Under the pieces are notes generated by a model. That model saw only the letters and a list, made by a program, of their open reading frames with translations, did not search any database and was not told the DNA's origin. Below are positions 52,769 to 64,000 of a DNA stretch of 64,000 bases, piece after piece. This stretch comes from Eledone cirrhosa (taxonomy: Eukaryota), in the NCBI GenBank assembly GCA_964016885.1, contig OZ024740.1, positions 370,822,001 through 370,886,000 on the forward strand, read 5' to 3'. A program made the translations under genes and the position numbers. The stretch's first letter is position 1, and each line of letters opens with the position of its first letter.

Positions 52769-54734
52769 TGTTTATTTGTCACAAGGGCGTACAAAAATGT
52801 GATATTACAAGACGTGACGGCGGGGTTTTACATAAAAAGCTTTAACAATGATAAATAACAATAAACCAAATAAAAATAAAATAATTGAAATCCCCATTAG
52901 GGAGGGGTAACGCTACTACGGGGTTGTTTTACACCCCGTGGATAGAACAACCCTCAACACCAAGAACACGTTTTGTAGGTGTTCCCGTCTTCCCTCTGTT
53001 TATCTTCCTCAACCTACAGGTTTATATACAGAGAAGGCCCATTCACCCGGGCCATTTTCGCCACATTCACCCACCGTTCAGCGAATTTACTGAGGTGTAG
53101 CACCTCTTTCTCCACTCTCACCTTCCTTCTGAAGTGGTACTTAAAGAAGGGGATGAGTTGTTGTCCGGAGAGAAAGGTGCTTGCCCTCAGTCCTTTTAAC
53201 CTCGTCCACCATATTACCTCTTTCGCCATAGCCACCAGACAGAGGAAGACCTTCTCCTTCATTCTTAAATGAAGGCGGCGGGGTGATCCTCACGATGGAC
53301 TCGGCTGACAACTGGATGCGTCCTACACGTGACAATAGTTGTTCAACATAATTCCACAGGTGACCACCCCTGGGCACTGTACAATTGCGTGCAGAACGGT
53401 TTCGATGTCCTGCTCGCATATTGGACAGGTCCTTTTGGCAGGATCTCTGCCAGGGCGTCCGTGTCTGTAGATTTTGTCTCGAACTGGTAGAGCTCCTCAG
53501 TAGCACTGCCAGGTCAGAGACCTCTGGAGGTTATCCATAGGCCCTGGACGGAAAGTCTTCTCGAACAGACTGGTCAGTTCGTCTTCCTCGATGCCTAGAG
53601 TTTCCCCGAGAACGTCGTCGCACTCATCCTCCACTAATCCCCTATAGAATGTCGAAGTCGAGTCTTTGCTGATTGTCGTTTCCGCTTGGTAGAGGGCTGT
53701 GAGCGCCTGAAGGCACTCGAGGTACCAGGCGCCCATTTTCGGTCTTCGCTTGACCCTGGACTGCAGCTCTGTTAGTGAGACGAGTTGTGGAAGAGCTCGT
53801 CTCACAAACGACAGCCACACCGGTTCGCCGGTCAGGAACACCTGGAAATGGCGTAGCCTCAGCGCGTGTTTGCGCATCATCAGCCACGGCATGCCCAGCT
53901 CTCTGTTAGAAGGGTGTTGACAGCAGATAGATCTCCTCACCAGTGGAGCCTGTTTCTTCCAGAGGAACTTGAAGAGTAGGCGTTACATTTTGGTGAGGTA
54001 TTCGCGAGGACAAGGCACGACTGTCAAGCGGTAGTAGATGACGGACGCTATGTAAGTGTTCGCCACCTCCGTTCGACCTTTCAAGGAGAGTTTGCACTCA
54101 GCCCACTTCTGGGTGAGTGCAAACACCTTCGCCGTAACCTCGTTCCAGTTCTTGTCCACCTGGAGGTCTGGACCTAACCAGACTTCGAGCAATTTCACCG
54201 GTCCTTCCGTCCAGCGTCCAACGACACTGTGTCGAGTTGCAAACCGACAGATTGTTTGGGTTTAGTCTTGCTCCTGTCAACGTTTCGTATTCCTGTAATA
54301 GGTTGTCGATTACCCCGATGTCCGAGGTTTTCGACACCATTACGGTTATGTCGTCGGCATAGGCCGATGCTGCTTCCCGCAGTCCTGGTTCGATCGGCAT
54401 GCCCTGCAAAAGCTCCAACTTCCGCAGTAATGGCTCGAGAGTCAGTACATACAGAATGGAGGAGAGATGGCACCCCTGGCGGGTGGAACGCATGATTTGG
54501 AATGGCTCCGATAGGTAGCCATTCACCTTGACTGCCGAGCAGATGCTGGTGTGCATGGCAGTGATCCAGCCTCTGAAGACGGGACCGAAGACGGCCGCCT
54601 TGAAAACCGCTTCCAAGTATTGATGGTCGACCCTATGAAATGCCTTAGACTGATGTATCGCATGAGGTGGAGGTTGTCGTGTATGGACCTGGTCGGGATT
54701 GCACACGTTTGCGCTTCCCCTACCAGATTCTCGA
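52769..54734 (-). mobile_element. Tx1 stack unit B (5'-truncated, degraded)
   Basis: RT C-half and zinc knuckle with deletions; GATA at both junctions. Confidence 0.92.
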
Positions 54735-54747
54735 GATAGATAGATAA

Positions 54748-56229
54748 ATTTCTTTATTAGCCACAAGGGTACAAAAGAAGGGGACAAATACAAATGGGGA
54801 GTTTACATACAGGTATATGAAAATAAAACTATTAATAAAATAACAAATAACAATTGATATCCCCAATAGGGGGAGGCGTTACACAGGGGTTGTACAGACC
54901 CCGAAAAAATGTACAACCCTCATCTCCAGGAGCACCAAGAGTGAGTACTCCCTTCCTCTCTTCCTCTTTTTCCTCAACCTACAGGCTTATATAGATAGAA
55001 GGCCCAACCACTCGGGCCATCTTTGCCACATCCACCCACCTTTTATAAAATTTGCTGGAGTACAGCACCTCTCTCTCCATCCTGATTATTCTTCCAAAAT
55101 GATATTTGAAAAAACGAATCAGTTGCTCGCCGGAGAGAAAGGTGTCTGACCTCAGCCCTTATAACCTCGTCCACCATATAACCTCTTTCACCATAGCCAT
55201 AACACATAGGAAAACCGCCTCTCCCGCGTTTTTGAAGGAGGGTGCGGTTTGATCATGACAATAGACTCGGTGGTCAACTGGATTGGTCCCACCCGCTACA
55301 ATAGTCGTTCTACATAACCCCACAGGTCGGGAACGCCCGGGCAGTGTACAAATGCGTGCGCGACGGTTTCCTCGTCGCGCACGCATCTCGGACAGATCTT
55401 TTTCGAAGGGTCCCTACTCGGGCGCCCGTGTCTGTAGAGCTTTTCTCGAACTGGTAGAGCTCCTCGGTAGCACTGCCAGGGACTTTTGGAAGTTGTCCAT
55501 TGGTCCCGGGCAGAAGGTCCTACCGAACAGACTGGCCAGCTCGTCCTCCTCTACGCCTAGAGTTTCTCCGAGAGTGTCGTCGCACTTGCTGCGGACCAAC
55601 CCTCTATAGAATGTCGAATTGGAGTCTCCACTGATCGCCGGGTCAGTTTGACAGAGGGCTGTGAGCGCCTGAGCACATTCGATGTGCCAGTCGCCCATTT
55701 TCCTCGGTCTTTGCTTGACCCAGGACTGCAGCTCGGTCAGCGAGACGAGTCGTGGGAAGGCTCGCTTCACGAACGGGGCCCACACCGGTTGTCTGGTGAG
55801 GAATACGTGGAGGTGCCGTAGCCTGAGCGCGTGTTTGCGCATCGTCAGCCACGGCAACCCCAGCCCTCCGTTTGACGGGTGTTGGCAGCAGATGGATCTT
55901 CTCACCAAAGGAGCCCGTTTCTTCCAAAGGAATTAGAAGAGCGCGCGTTCCATTTTGGTGAGCGTTTTGGCTGGACAAGGCACGACGGTCAAGCGGTAGT
56001 AGATGACGGACGTTATAAAAGTGTTCGCCACCTCCGCTCGACCTTTCAAGGATAGTTTGCACTCGGCCCACTTCTGGGTGAGCACAAACACCTTGGCCGT
56101 CACCTGGTTCCAGTTCTTCTCCACCTGGAGGTCCGGACCAAACCAGACCTCGAGCAGCTGTACCGGTCCTTCCGTCCAGCGTCAGACGACGCCATCGGAA
56201 GGCATCGGTTTGCCTCTCCACGTTCCGAG
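54748..56229 (-). mobile_element. Tx1 stack unit C (5'-truncated)
   Basis: ORF2 C-terminal part plus 3' UTR; GATA at both junctions. Confidence 0.92.
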
Positions 56230-56308
56230 ATAAGTAGATAGATAGATAAGTAGATAATAGTTAGATAGATAGATAGATAGAGAGAAAGAGAGAGAGATAG
56301 ATAGATAT

Positions 56309-59300
56309 ATTTCTTTATTAGCCACAGGGGTACAAAAGAAGGGGACAAATACAAAGGGGGAAGTTTACATACAATAAAAACGTGTAAAATGTTATCACAG
56401 ATGGAATTTAAAAGTTAGTCGATTTTCCCCAATAGAGGGAGACAGTTTATATGGGTAACACATACCCCCGAAAAAAAATGTGCAACCCTCATCTCCAGGA
56501 GTACGAAGAGCTTGTACTCCTTTCCTCTCCTCCTCCTTTTCCTCAACCTACAGGCTGATATAGAGAGAAGGCCCATTCACTCGAGCTATTCTCGCCACTT
56601 TCACCCACCTTTCATAAAACTTGCTGGGGTACAGCACCTCTCTCTCCATCCTGATTCTTCTTCCAAAGTGGTATTTGAAAAAAAGAATCAGTTGTTGGCC
56701 GGAGAGAAAGGTGTCTGACCTCAGCCCTTTCAACCTTGTCCACCATACAACCTCTTTCGCCATAGCTATCACACAAAGGAAAACCGCCTCTCCTTCGTTT
56801 TTGAAGGAGGGTGGCGGTTTGATCATGACAATGGACTCGGTGGTCAACTGGATTGGTCCCACCCGCGACAATAGTCGTTCTACATAGCCCCACAGGTCAG
56901 TGACGCCCGGGAAGTGTATGAATGCGTGCGCGACGGTTTCTTCGTCTCGCACGCACCTCGGACAGATCTTTTTTGCAGGGTCCCTGCCCGGGCGCCCATG
57001 TCTGTAGAGCTTGTCACGAACTGGTAGAGCTCCTCGGTAGCACTGCCAGGCCAGGGACTTTTGGAAGTTGTCCATCGGTCCCGGGCGGAAGGTCCTACCG
57101 AACAGACTGGCCAGTTCATCTTCCTCTACGCCTAGAGTTTCACCGAGCGCGTCGTCGCACTTGCTGCGGACCAACCCTCTATAGAATGACGAAGTGGAGT
57201 CTCCACTGATCGCCGGGTCCGCCTGCCAGAGGGCTGTGAGCGCCTGAACACATTCGATGTGCCAGTCGCCCATTTTCCTCGGTCTCTGCTTGACCCAGGA
57301 CTGCAACTCGGTCAGCGAGACGGGTCGTGGGAAGGCTCGCCTCACGAACGGGGCCCACACCGGTTGTCCGGTGAGGAATACGTAGAGATGCCGCAGCCTG
57401 AGCGCGTGTTTGCGCATCGTCAACCACGGCATCCCCAGCCCTCCGTTAGAAGGGTGTTGGCAGCAGATGGATCTTCTCACCAAAGGAGCCCGCCTCTTCC
57501 AAAGGAATTGGAAGAGCGCGCGCTCCATTTTGGCGAGCGTTTTGGCTGGACAAGGCACGACGGTCAAGCGGTAGTAGATGGCGGACGCTATAAAAGTGTT
57601 CGCCACCTCCGCTCGACATTTCAAGGATAGTTTGCACTCGGCCCACTTCTGGGTGAGTGCGAACACCTTGGCCGTCACTTCGTTCCAGTTCTTCTCCACC
57701 TGGAGGTCCGGACCAAACCAGACCCCGAGCAGCTTTACCGGTCCTTCCGTCCAGCGTCAGACGACGCCATCGGAAGGCATCGGTCTGCCTCTCCACGATC
57801 CGAGTTGCAAACCGATGGACTTGTCCCGGTTCAGATTCGCTCCTGTGAGACTTTCGTATTCCTTTAGTAAGGTGCCGACTTCCTCGATTTGCGAGGCGCT
57901 CGACACCATTACTGTCACGTCGTCGGCGTAGGCCGACGCCGCTTTCCGCAGTCCCGGTTCCAGAGGGATGCCATGCAATAGCTCCAGCTTCCGCAGTAGT
58001 GGCTCGAGAGTCAGTACGTACAGAAGGGAGGAGAGAGGGCATCCCTGTCGAATGGATCGCGTAATATGGAACGGCTCCGAGATGTAGCCGTTTACCTTGA
58101 CCCTTGAGCAGATGTTTCTGTTGTGCATTGCAGCAATCCAGCCTCTGAACACGGGTCCGAAGCCTGCCGCCTCGAGCACCGCATCCAGGTAACGATGGTC
58201 AACCCTATCGAAAGCCTTAGACTGATCCAAGTTGATCAGGGCCCCACCGAAGCCGGGTTTACACCCTACCCTCTCTATGAGGTATCGCATGAGGTGGAGG
58301 TTGTCGTGTATGGACCTGGTCGGGATTGCGCATGTCTGCGCTTCTCGCTTCTCCCACCAGGTTCTCGACGACAAGCGCCAGCCTCTTTGCCAACACCTTG
58401 GCCAAAATCTGTAACTCTGTGTTTAGCAGAGTTATGGACCGGAAGTTGCCTATGTCATCCCCCTTATTCTCGTCCTTCCTGATTAGTGTGACCACGCCCC
58501 CGGTTACAGAACTGGGAATTCTCCCGTTCTGTTGCCAGTTGCAGTAAACCGCTTCCAGGAGACCGGAGAATAAGTCCGGCATTGCTACGTAAAATTCGTA
58601 GGGTAGACCGTCGAGACCTGGAGATTTGCGTTTGCTGCATTGACTCAGCGCGTCCCCTAACTCAGTGGCTGAAATCGGCTTTTCGCAGAACTTCGCCTCG
58701 CTGTCCGAGAGTCGCGGTAGGCCGTCGAGGTATGGACCGAAATCCATAGCCTCTCCCGGTGCGCCGCTCCCCCCGAACAGCCGAGCAAAGTGCCGCTGAA
58801 AAGCCGCACACATCTGCTTCGGCTCACGTATCACGCGTCCGTTTTGGTCCTTCAAAGACCGAATCGTGGACTTGTTGCCACTTTTTGCCTCCGTCACTCG
58901 GGCCCAGGTAACAGCTTTGGCTCCCTCGTTTCCCAGAGCACGTATTTTGCTTCTGACAACGCAGCCCTCGTGCTTTGCGTCGAAGAACTGGTCCAAGGCC
59001 GTTCTCGTTGCTAGCACGCTGGCTACGTTGCCACTTCTAATTGCCTCTTCTACTTTATCTACCAGTTCCTTCTCGGTTCTATTTTCTATCTAACGCTAAT
59101 TCTTTACTAAAAACTAACGAGTCTAATCTAACTGCCCTCTTGAGAGAGTACCACCATCTGTTGTTGACAATGGCCCCTGTCAAGTGCTGTTTAACTAAAG
59201 TGCTAATCCGTCTACTGTAGGCTTTTCTTGTCGGTAACGACAAGTTCAGCTTCCAGTAGCCGGGTCCTTGTCTATGGGTTCTATCAAGGTTGGCCATGCA

Positions 59301-59545
59301 GGTCACTAGTTTGTGATCTGAATAGGCAACTATGAACATTTGTGGACAGCTTAACATGTCCTTATCCTTATTTCTAACTAGAACCCTATCTAGGTACGAT
59401 CTAGATGTTCCGCCACGATTAATCCACGTCCACAGTGGCACAGTCGGAAAATCTAGTCGATATCTATCTGCCAGGTCAAATCGGTCGATTAACTGTTTGA
59501 GGCTGTTACACCCACCTTTATCGGGACATCCTCCCACATAGTCCC

Positions 59546-59546
<1 letters not shown>
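56309..59546 (-). mobile_element. Tx1 stack unit D (5'-truncated within the endonuclease)
   Basis: Very similar to 36267-39185; GATA at both junctions. Confidence 0.95.
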
Positions 59547-59627
<81 letters not shown>

Positions 59628-59629
<2 letters not shown>

Positions 59630-62600
59630 TTCTTTATTAGCCACAAGGGCGCAACAAGAAAGGGGACAATACAAAGACATGCCGGGGATTTTACATACAG
59701 TCGTGTAAAAAATATAAAAACAAACAATTTCAACAATCGAAATCCCCAATAGGGGGCAGGCGCCACAAATGGGTTGTTTAATACCCCGTCGATAGAACAA
59801 CCCTCAACTCGAGGAGCGTGTTGTGCAAGTGCTCCTTTCTTCCTTTTGCTCTCTTCCTCAACCTACAGGCTTATAAACAGAGAAGGCCCAATCACTCGGG
59901 CCATTTTCGCTTCATTCACCCACCTTTCAGTAAATTTACTGGGGTGCAGTGCCTCTCTCTCCACCCTGATTCTCCTTCTAAAGTGATACTTAAAGAAGGG
60001 AATCAATTGTTGTCCGGAGAGAAAGGCATCTGTCCTCAGTCCTCTCAACCTCGTCCACCATATAACTTCTTTCACCATAGCCACCGTACAGAGGAAAACC
60101 GCCTCTCTTTCGTTTTTTAAAGAGTCTGGCGGTTTGATCCTTACTCGGCAGTCAACTGTATTTGTCCCATACGCGACAGCAGTTGTTCTGCATAGTTCCA
60201 CAGGTCGCTTACGCCCGGGCAGTGTACAATTGCGTCCAGAACAGTTTCAATGTCCTGCGCACATCTTGGACACGTCCTCTTGGAAGGATCCCTGCCAGGG
60301 CGTCCGTGCCTGTAGATATTGTCACGAACCGGTAGAGCTCCTTGGTAGCACTGCCAGGCCAGGGACCTCTGGAAGTTGTCCATAGGTCCCGGGCGGAAAG
60401 TCCTACCAAACAGACTGGTGAGCTCATCGTCTTCGACGCCCAGAGTCTCTCCGAGCACGTCGTCGCCCTTGTAACGTACAATCCCTCTATAGAATGTCGA
60501 AGTGGAGTCTCCACTGATTGCTGCGCCCGCTTGCCAGAGGGCTGTGTGCGCCTGAGCGCATTCAATGTGCCAGGCGCCCATCGTTTTCGGTCTTTTCTTC
60601 ACCCAGGACTGCAGCTCCGTTAGCGAGACGAGCTGTGGGAAAGCCTGTCTCACAAACGGTGCCCACACCGGTTGGGGGTCGGTGAGGAATACCTGGAGAT
60701 GCCGCAGCCTCAGCGCATGTTTGCGCATCATCAGCCACGGCATTCCCAGCCCTCCGTTTGAAGGGTGTTGACAGCAGACGGATTTCCTCACCAGCGGAGC
60801 CTGCTTCTTCCACAGAAACTGGAAGAGCATGCGTTCCATCTTGGCGAGGTGTTCACGGGGACAAGGCACGACAGTCAAGCGGTAGTAGATGACGGACGCT
60901 ATGAAAGTGTTCGCCACCTCCGCTCGACCTTTCAAGGACAGTTTGCACTCTGCCCACTTCTGAGTGAGTGCAAACACCTTGGCCGTGACCTCGTTCCAGT
61001 TTTTCTCCACCTGGAGGTCTGGACCGAACCAGACCCCGAGCAATTTCACCGGTCCGTCCGTCCAGCGTCCAACGACGCTGTCGGATGTCATCGGTTTGCC
61101 TCTCCACGTACCGAGTTGCAAACCGACAGACTTGTCTGGATTTAGTTTTGCTCCCGTCAGCGTTTCGTATTCTTTCAGTATGTTGCCGATCACCCCGATT
61201 TCCGAGGTGCTCGACACCATTACCGTCACGTCGTCGGCATAAGCCGACGCCGCTTAGCGCAGTCCCGGTTCTAGGGGGATTCCCTGCAACAGCTCCAATT
61301 TCCGCAGTAGTGGCTCTAGAGTCAATACATACAGAATGGAGGAGAGAGGGCATCCCTGTCGAATGGAACGCGTGATTGCGAACGGCTCCGATAGGTAGCC
61401 GTTCACCTTGACCCTCGAGCAGATGCTGGTGTGCATCGCCTCGATCCATCCTCTGAACACGGGACCGAAACCGGCCGCCTTGAGAACCGCTTCCAAGTAT
61501 CGATGGTCGACCCTATCGAATGCCTTAGACTGATCCAAGTTGATCAGAGCCCCACCGAAGCCGGATTTACTACCCACCCTCTCTATGATGTATCGCATGA
61601 GGTGGAGGTTGTCGTGTATGGACCTGGTCGTGATTGCACACGTTTGCACTTTCCCTACCAGGTTCTCGACGACAAGCGCCAACCTCGTCGCTAGCACCTT
61701 GGCCAAAATCTTTAACTCGGTGTTGAGCAGAGTTATGGGCCTGAAGTTTTTAATTTCGTCCCCCTTGTTCTCGTCTTTCCTGATCAGCGTTACTACGCCC
61801 TTGCCTGCAGAACTGGGAATTCTCCCGTTCTGCTGCCAATTGCAGTAGACGGCTTCGAGGATGCCAGAGAACAAGTCCGGCATGCCTATGTAAAATTCGT
61901 AGGGTAGACCATCTAGACCGGGTGACTTGCGTTTCCCGCAGCGGCCCAGAGCGTCCCGTATCTCAGTGTCCGTGATCGGTCTTTCGCAGCACTCGGCGTC
62001 TGTGTTCGAGAGACGCGACAGGCCGTCGAGGTATGAACTAAAGTCCATTGCCCCGTTCGGCTCACCGTCGTTCTGCTCAAACAGTCGCGCAAAGTGCCGC
62101 TGAAAGGCTGCGCACATTTGCTTGGGGTCAAGTAGCACGCGTCCGTTTTGGTCTTTCAAAGACCGAATCGTCGACTTGTTGCCACTTTTTGCCTCCGCCA
62201 CTCGGGCCCAGCTGACAGCTTTCGCTCCTTCGTTTCCTAGAGCACGTGTTTTGCTTCTGACCACGCAGCCTTCGTGTTTCGCATCGAAGAACTGGTCCAG
62301 TGCCGTTCTCGACGCTAACACTCTAGCCGCGTTGCCACTTCTAAGTGCCTCCTCTACCTTGGCTACTAGTTCTCTTTCTATTCTGTTTTTCTCTAAGGCT
62401 AACTCTCTGCTATACCCTATCGATTCTATTCTAATTGCTTTCTTGAGAGAGTACCACCATCTATTGTTGACGATGGCTCCCGTTAACTGTTGCTTGACTA
62501 GTTTACTTATCCGTTCACTGTAAGCTTTACGTGCCGGCAACGACACGTTCAGCTTCCAGTATCCGGGACCCTGTCTATGTATTCTATCACGGTTGACTAA

Positions 62601-64000
62601 GCAGACGACTAACTTGTGATCTGAATAGGCAACCATGTGCATTCGTGGACAGCTTAACATATCCTTGTCCCTTTCTCTAATGAAGAACCTATCTAAATAC
62701 GATCTAGATGTCCCACTGCGGTTTACCCACGTCCACTGTGGTGCAGTCGGGAAATCCAGTCGATACCTATCGGCCAGTTGGAATTGGCCGATTAAAGTTT
62801 TGAGGCTGTTGCACCCCGCTCTACTGGGACATGCTCCCACATAGTCCCATCGTGCATCTAGGATACCATTCCAGTCCCCCACTAAAAGTAAGGAGCGAGA
62901 CGTTCCCAGAAAAGACTCTAGACGCTTAAAGAAGTCTGGCCGTGATTGCGATTGCCCGGTCGGGGCATAAACGGCCACCAGTCTGAAGGCTCCACCTCCG
63001 ATACTGTTCACGTCTAGGACTACCAGTCTACCCTCCGGGTCCAAGTGTACTTGCTGTACTCCGACGTCCAGGTTCTTCCGAAACATAACAGCCACTCCAC
63101 CTCCACCTCCTGGCTGACAGAGAGATGCGTAGATCTCAAAGTCGTCGAAGATGGGGGTTAGTTGCTGCCTGTTGTGGATCCTGGACTCGGTGATGGCTAT
63201 CACATCCATACTGTGTGACCTAAGGTCGTTTAAAAGTTGGCCCTGTTTCCAGGGCATCCCTAGGCCACGCACATTCACGGTTCCAACTCGTAAACCAGCC
63301 ATGTTGGTAAAGAAAAGTTGGAGAAAAAGGACGAAAGGTGCACTTACCTTTTCGTTTCCTGGAGATCGGGTTGTTCAATCTCCATTTGGGTGCTGGATGG
63401 GGTGTTGGGTGGGGTGGGGAAACCTTTCAACAGGACGCGGTTGATGGGTTTGTGGCAGGGGTTGCCCACGTCCTGTGAAAATTTAATTTTCAGGTCTTTA
63501 TAGGTTTCCATAGAAACCCTTATAAGTTTAATGTGTGGAGACGATTCTGCCTTGACGAAAGTTTTGCCCTCCGTCTCCACCTTGGGGTTTTGGGAGATGA
63601 CCTCCATCAAACTCTTGTTGTTTGTGTTGATGTATGCGTATTGTTGTTTGTGTTTTTGTTGTATTGTTTTAGTTTGTTGTTCATCCGGGAGTTTTCTTTT
63701 TATGGTGGGTGCTTGTGTTTGGGGTGGTGTTGGTGCTGGTTTTGCTGATAGGGGAATGTTTGACTGTGGTGTTGTTTGTGTTGTTGTTTGTGTCTGTGGT
63801 TGTGTGTTGGTGTTGGTGATTGGAGTTTTGGGGGTTTTGTGGTGTCTCTTTTTTTGTTTTTTGTATTTCCGCGGTTCTCCCTCTTCTTCACTTAAAGAAG
63901 GAGAAGCAGCTTCATCCGTCGATGAATAATCATCGTCAGGTGTGTGGGGTAAGGGTATGTTGTGTGGTGGTGGTGGTGTTTCGGTATGTGTGTTTGTGGT
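59628..64000 (-). mobile_element. Tx1 stack unit E (distinct subfamily, extends beyond the window)
   Basis: 3' UTR, nearly intact ORF2 and the 3' part of ORF1. Confidence 0.95.
59863..63302 (-). pseudogene. Tx1 ORF2 of unit E: APE endonuclease, RT and zinc knuckle, one in-frame stop (61254) and one late frameshift (~60145)
   Basis: 682-aa, 362-aa and C-terminal ORF-track pieces are colinear; all catalytic motifs are present. Confidence 0.93.

Noticed and set aside
52425-64000. Repeat-spacer pattern as a CRISPR-like or host multi-exon gene array
   Set aside because: The 'spacers' are homologous LINE copies and the 'repeats' are simple GATA tracts; eukaryotic context.

Overview
AT-rich, microsatellite-saturated animal DNA, very probably a cephalopod (Octopus-like SINE repertoire; organism inferred, not proven). 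Almost all ORF-track entries are translations of (TA)n, (CA)n, (GA)n or (GATA)n. One credible host gene is present: a minus-strand, single-coding-exon, 90-aa secreted peptide with 8 mature cysteines (23186-23458), whose spacing resembles the CHH/ITP neurohormone fold. It has a candidate TATA box and non-coding first exon ~9 kb upstream. The rest is mobile DNA sorted by microsatellite type. (1) At least a dozen sequence-distinct type-I hammerhead ribozyme (HHR) cassettes of Penelope-like-element (PLE) type, plus a GIY-YIG remnant. Most lie in or next to (TA)n, and many form foldbacks whose ribozyme strands always point outward. (2) Two R4/Dong-like RLE retrotransposon 3' ends in (TACA)n. (3) A head-to-tail stack of Tx1-clade LINEs separated by (GATA)n (52.4-64 kb), plus a near-full-length Tx1 copy (36.3-41.8 kb) that shares inactivating lesions with one stack member. 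Also present: tandem non-autonomous Helitrons, Tigger, CR1-like, CRE-like and RTE relics, hAT and Tc1/mariner MITEs, and ~30 tRNA-derived SINE copies. All structures were read by eye; no folding or database search was run.
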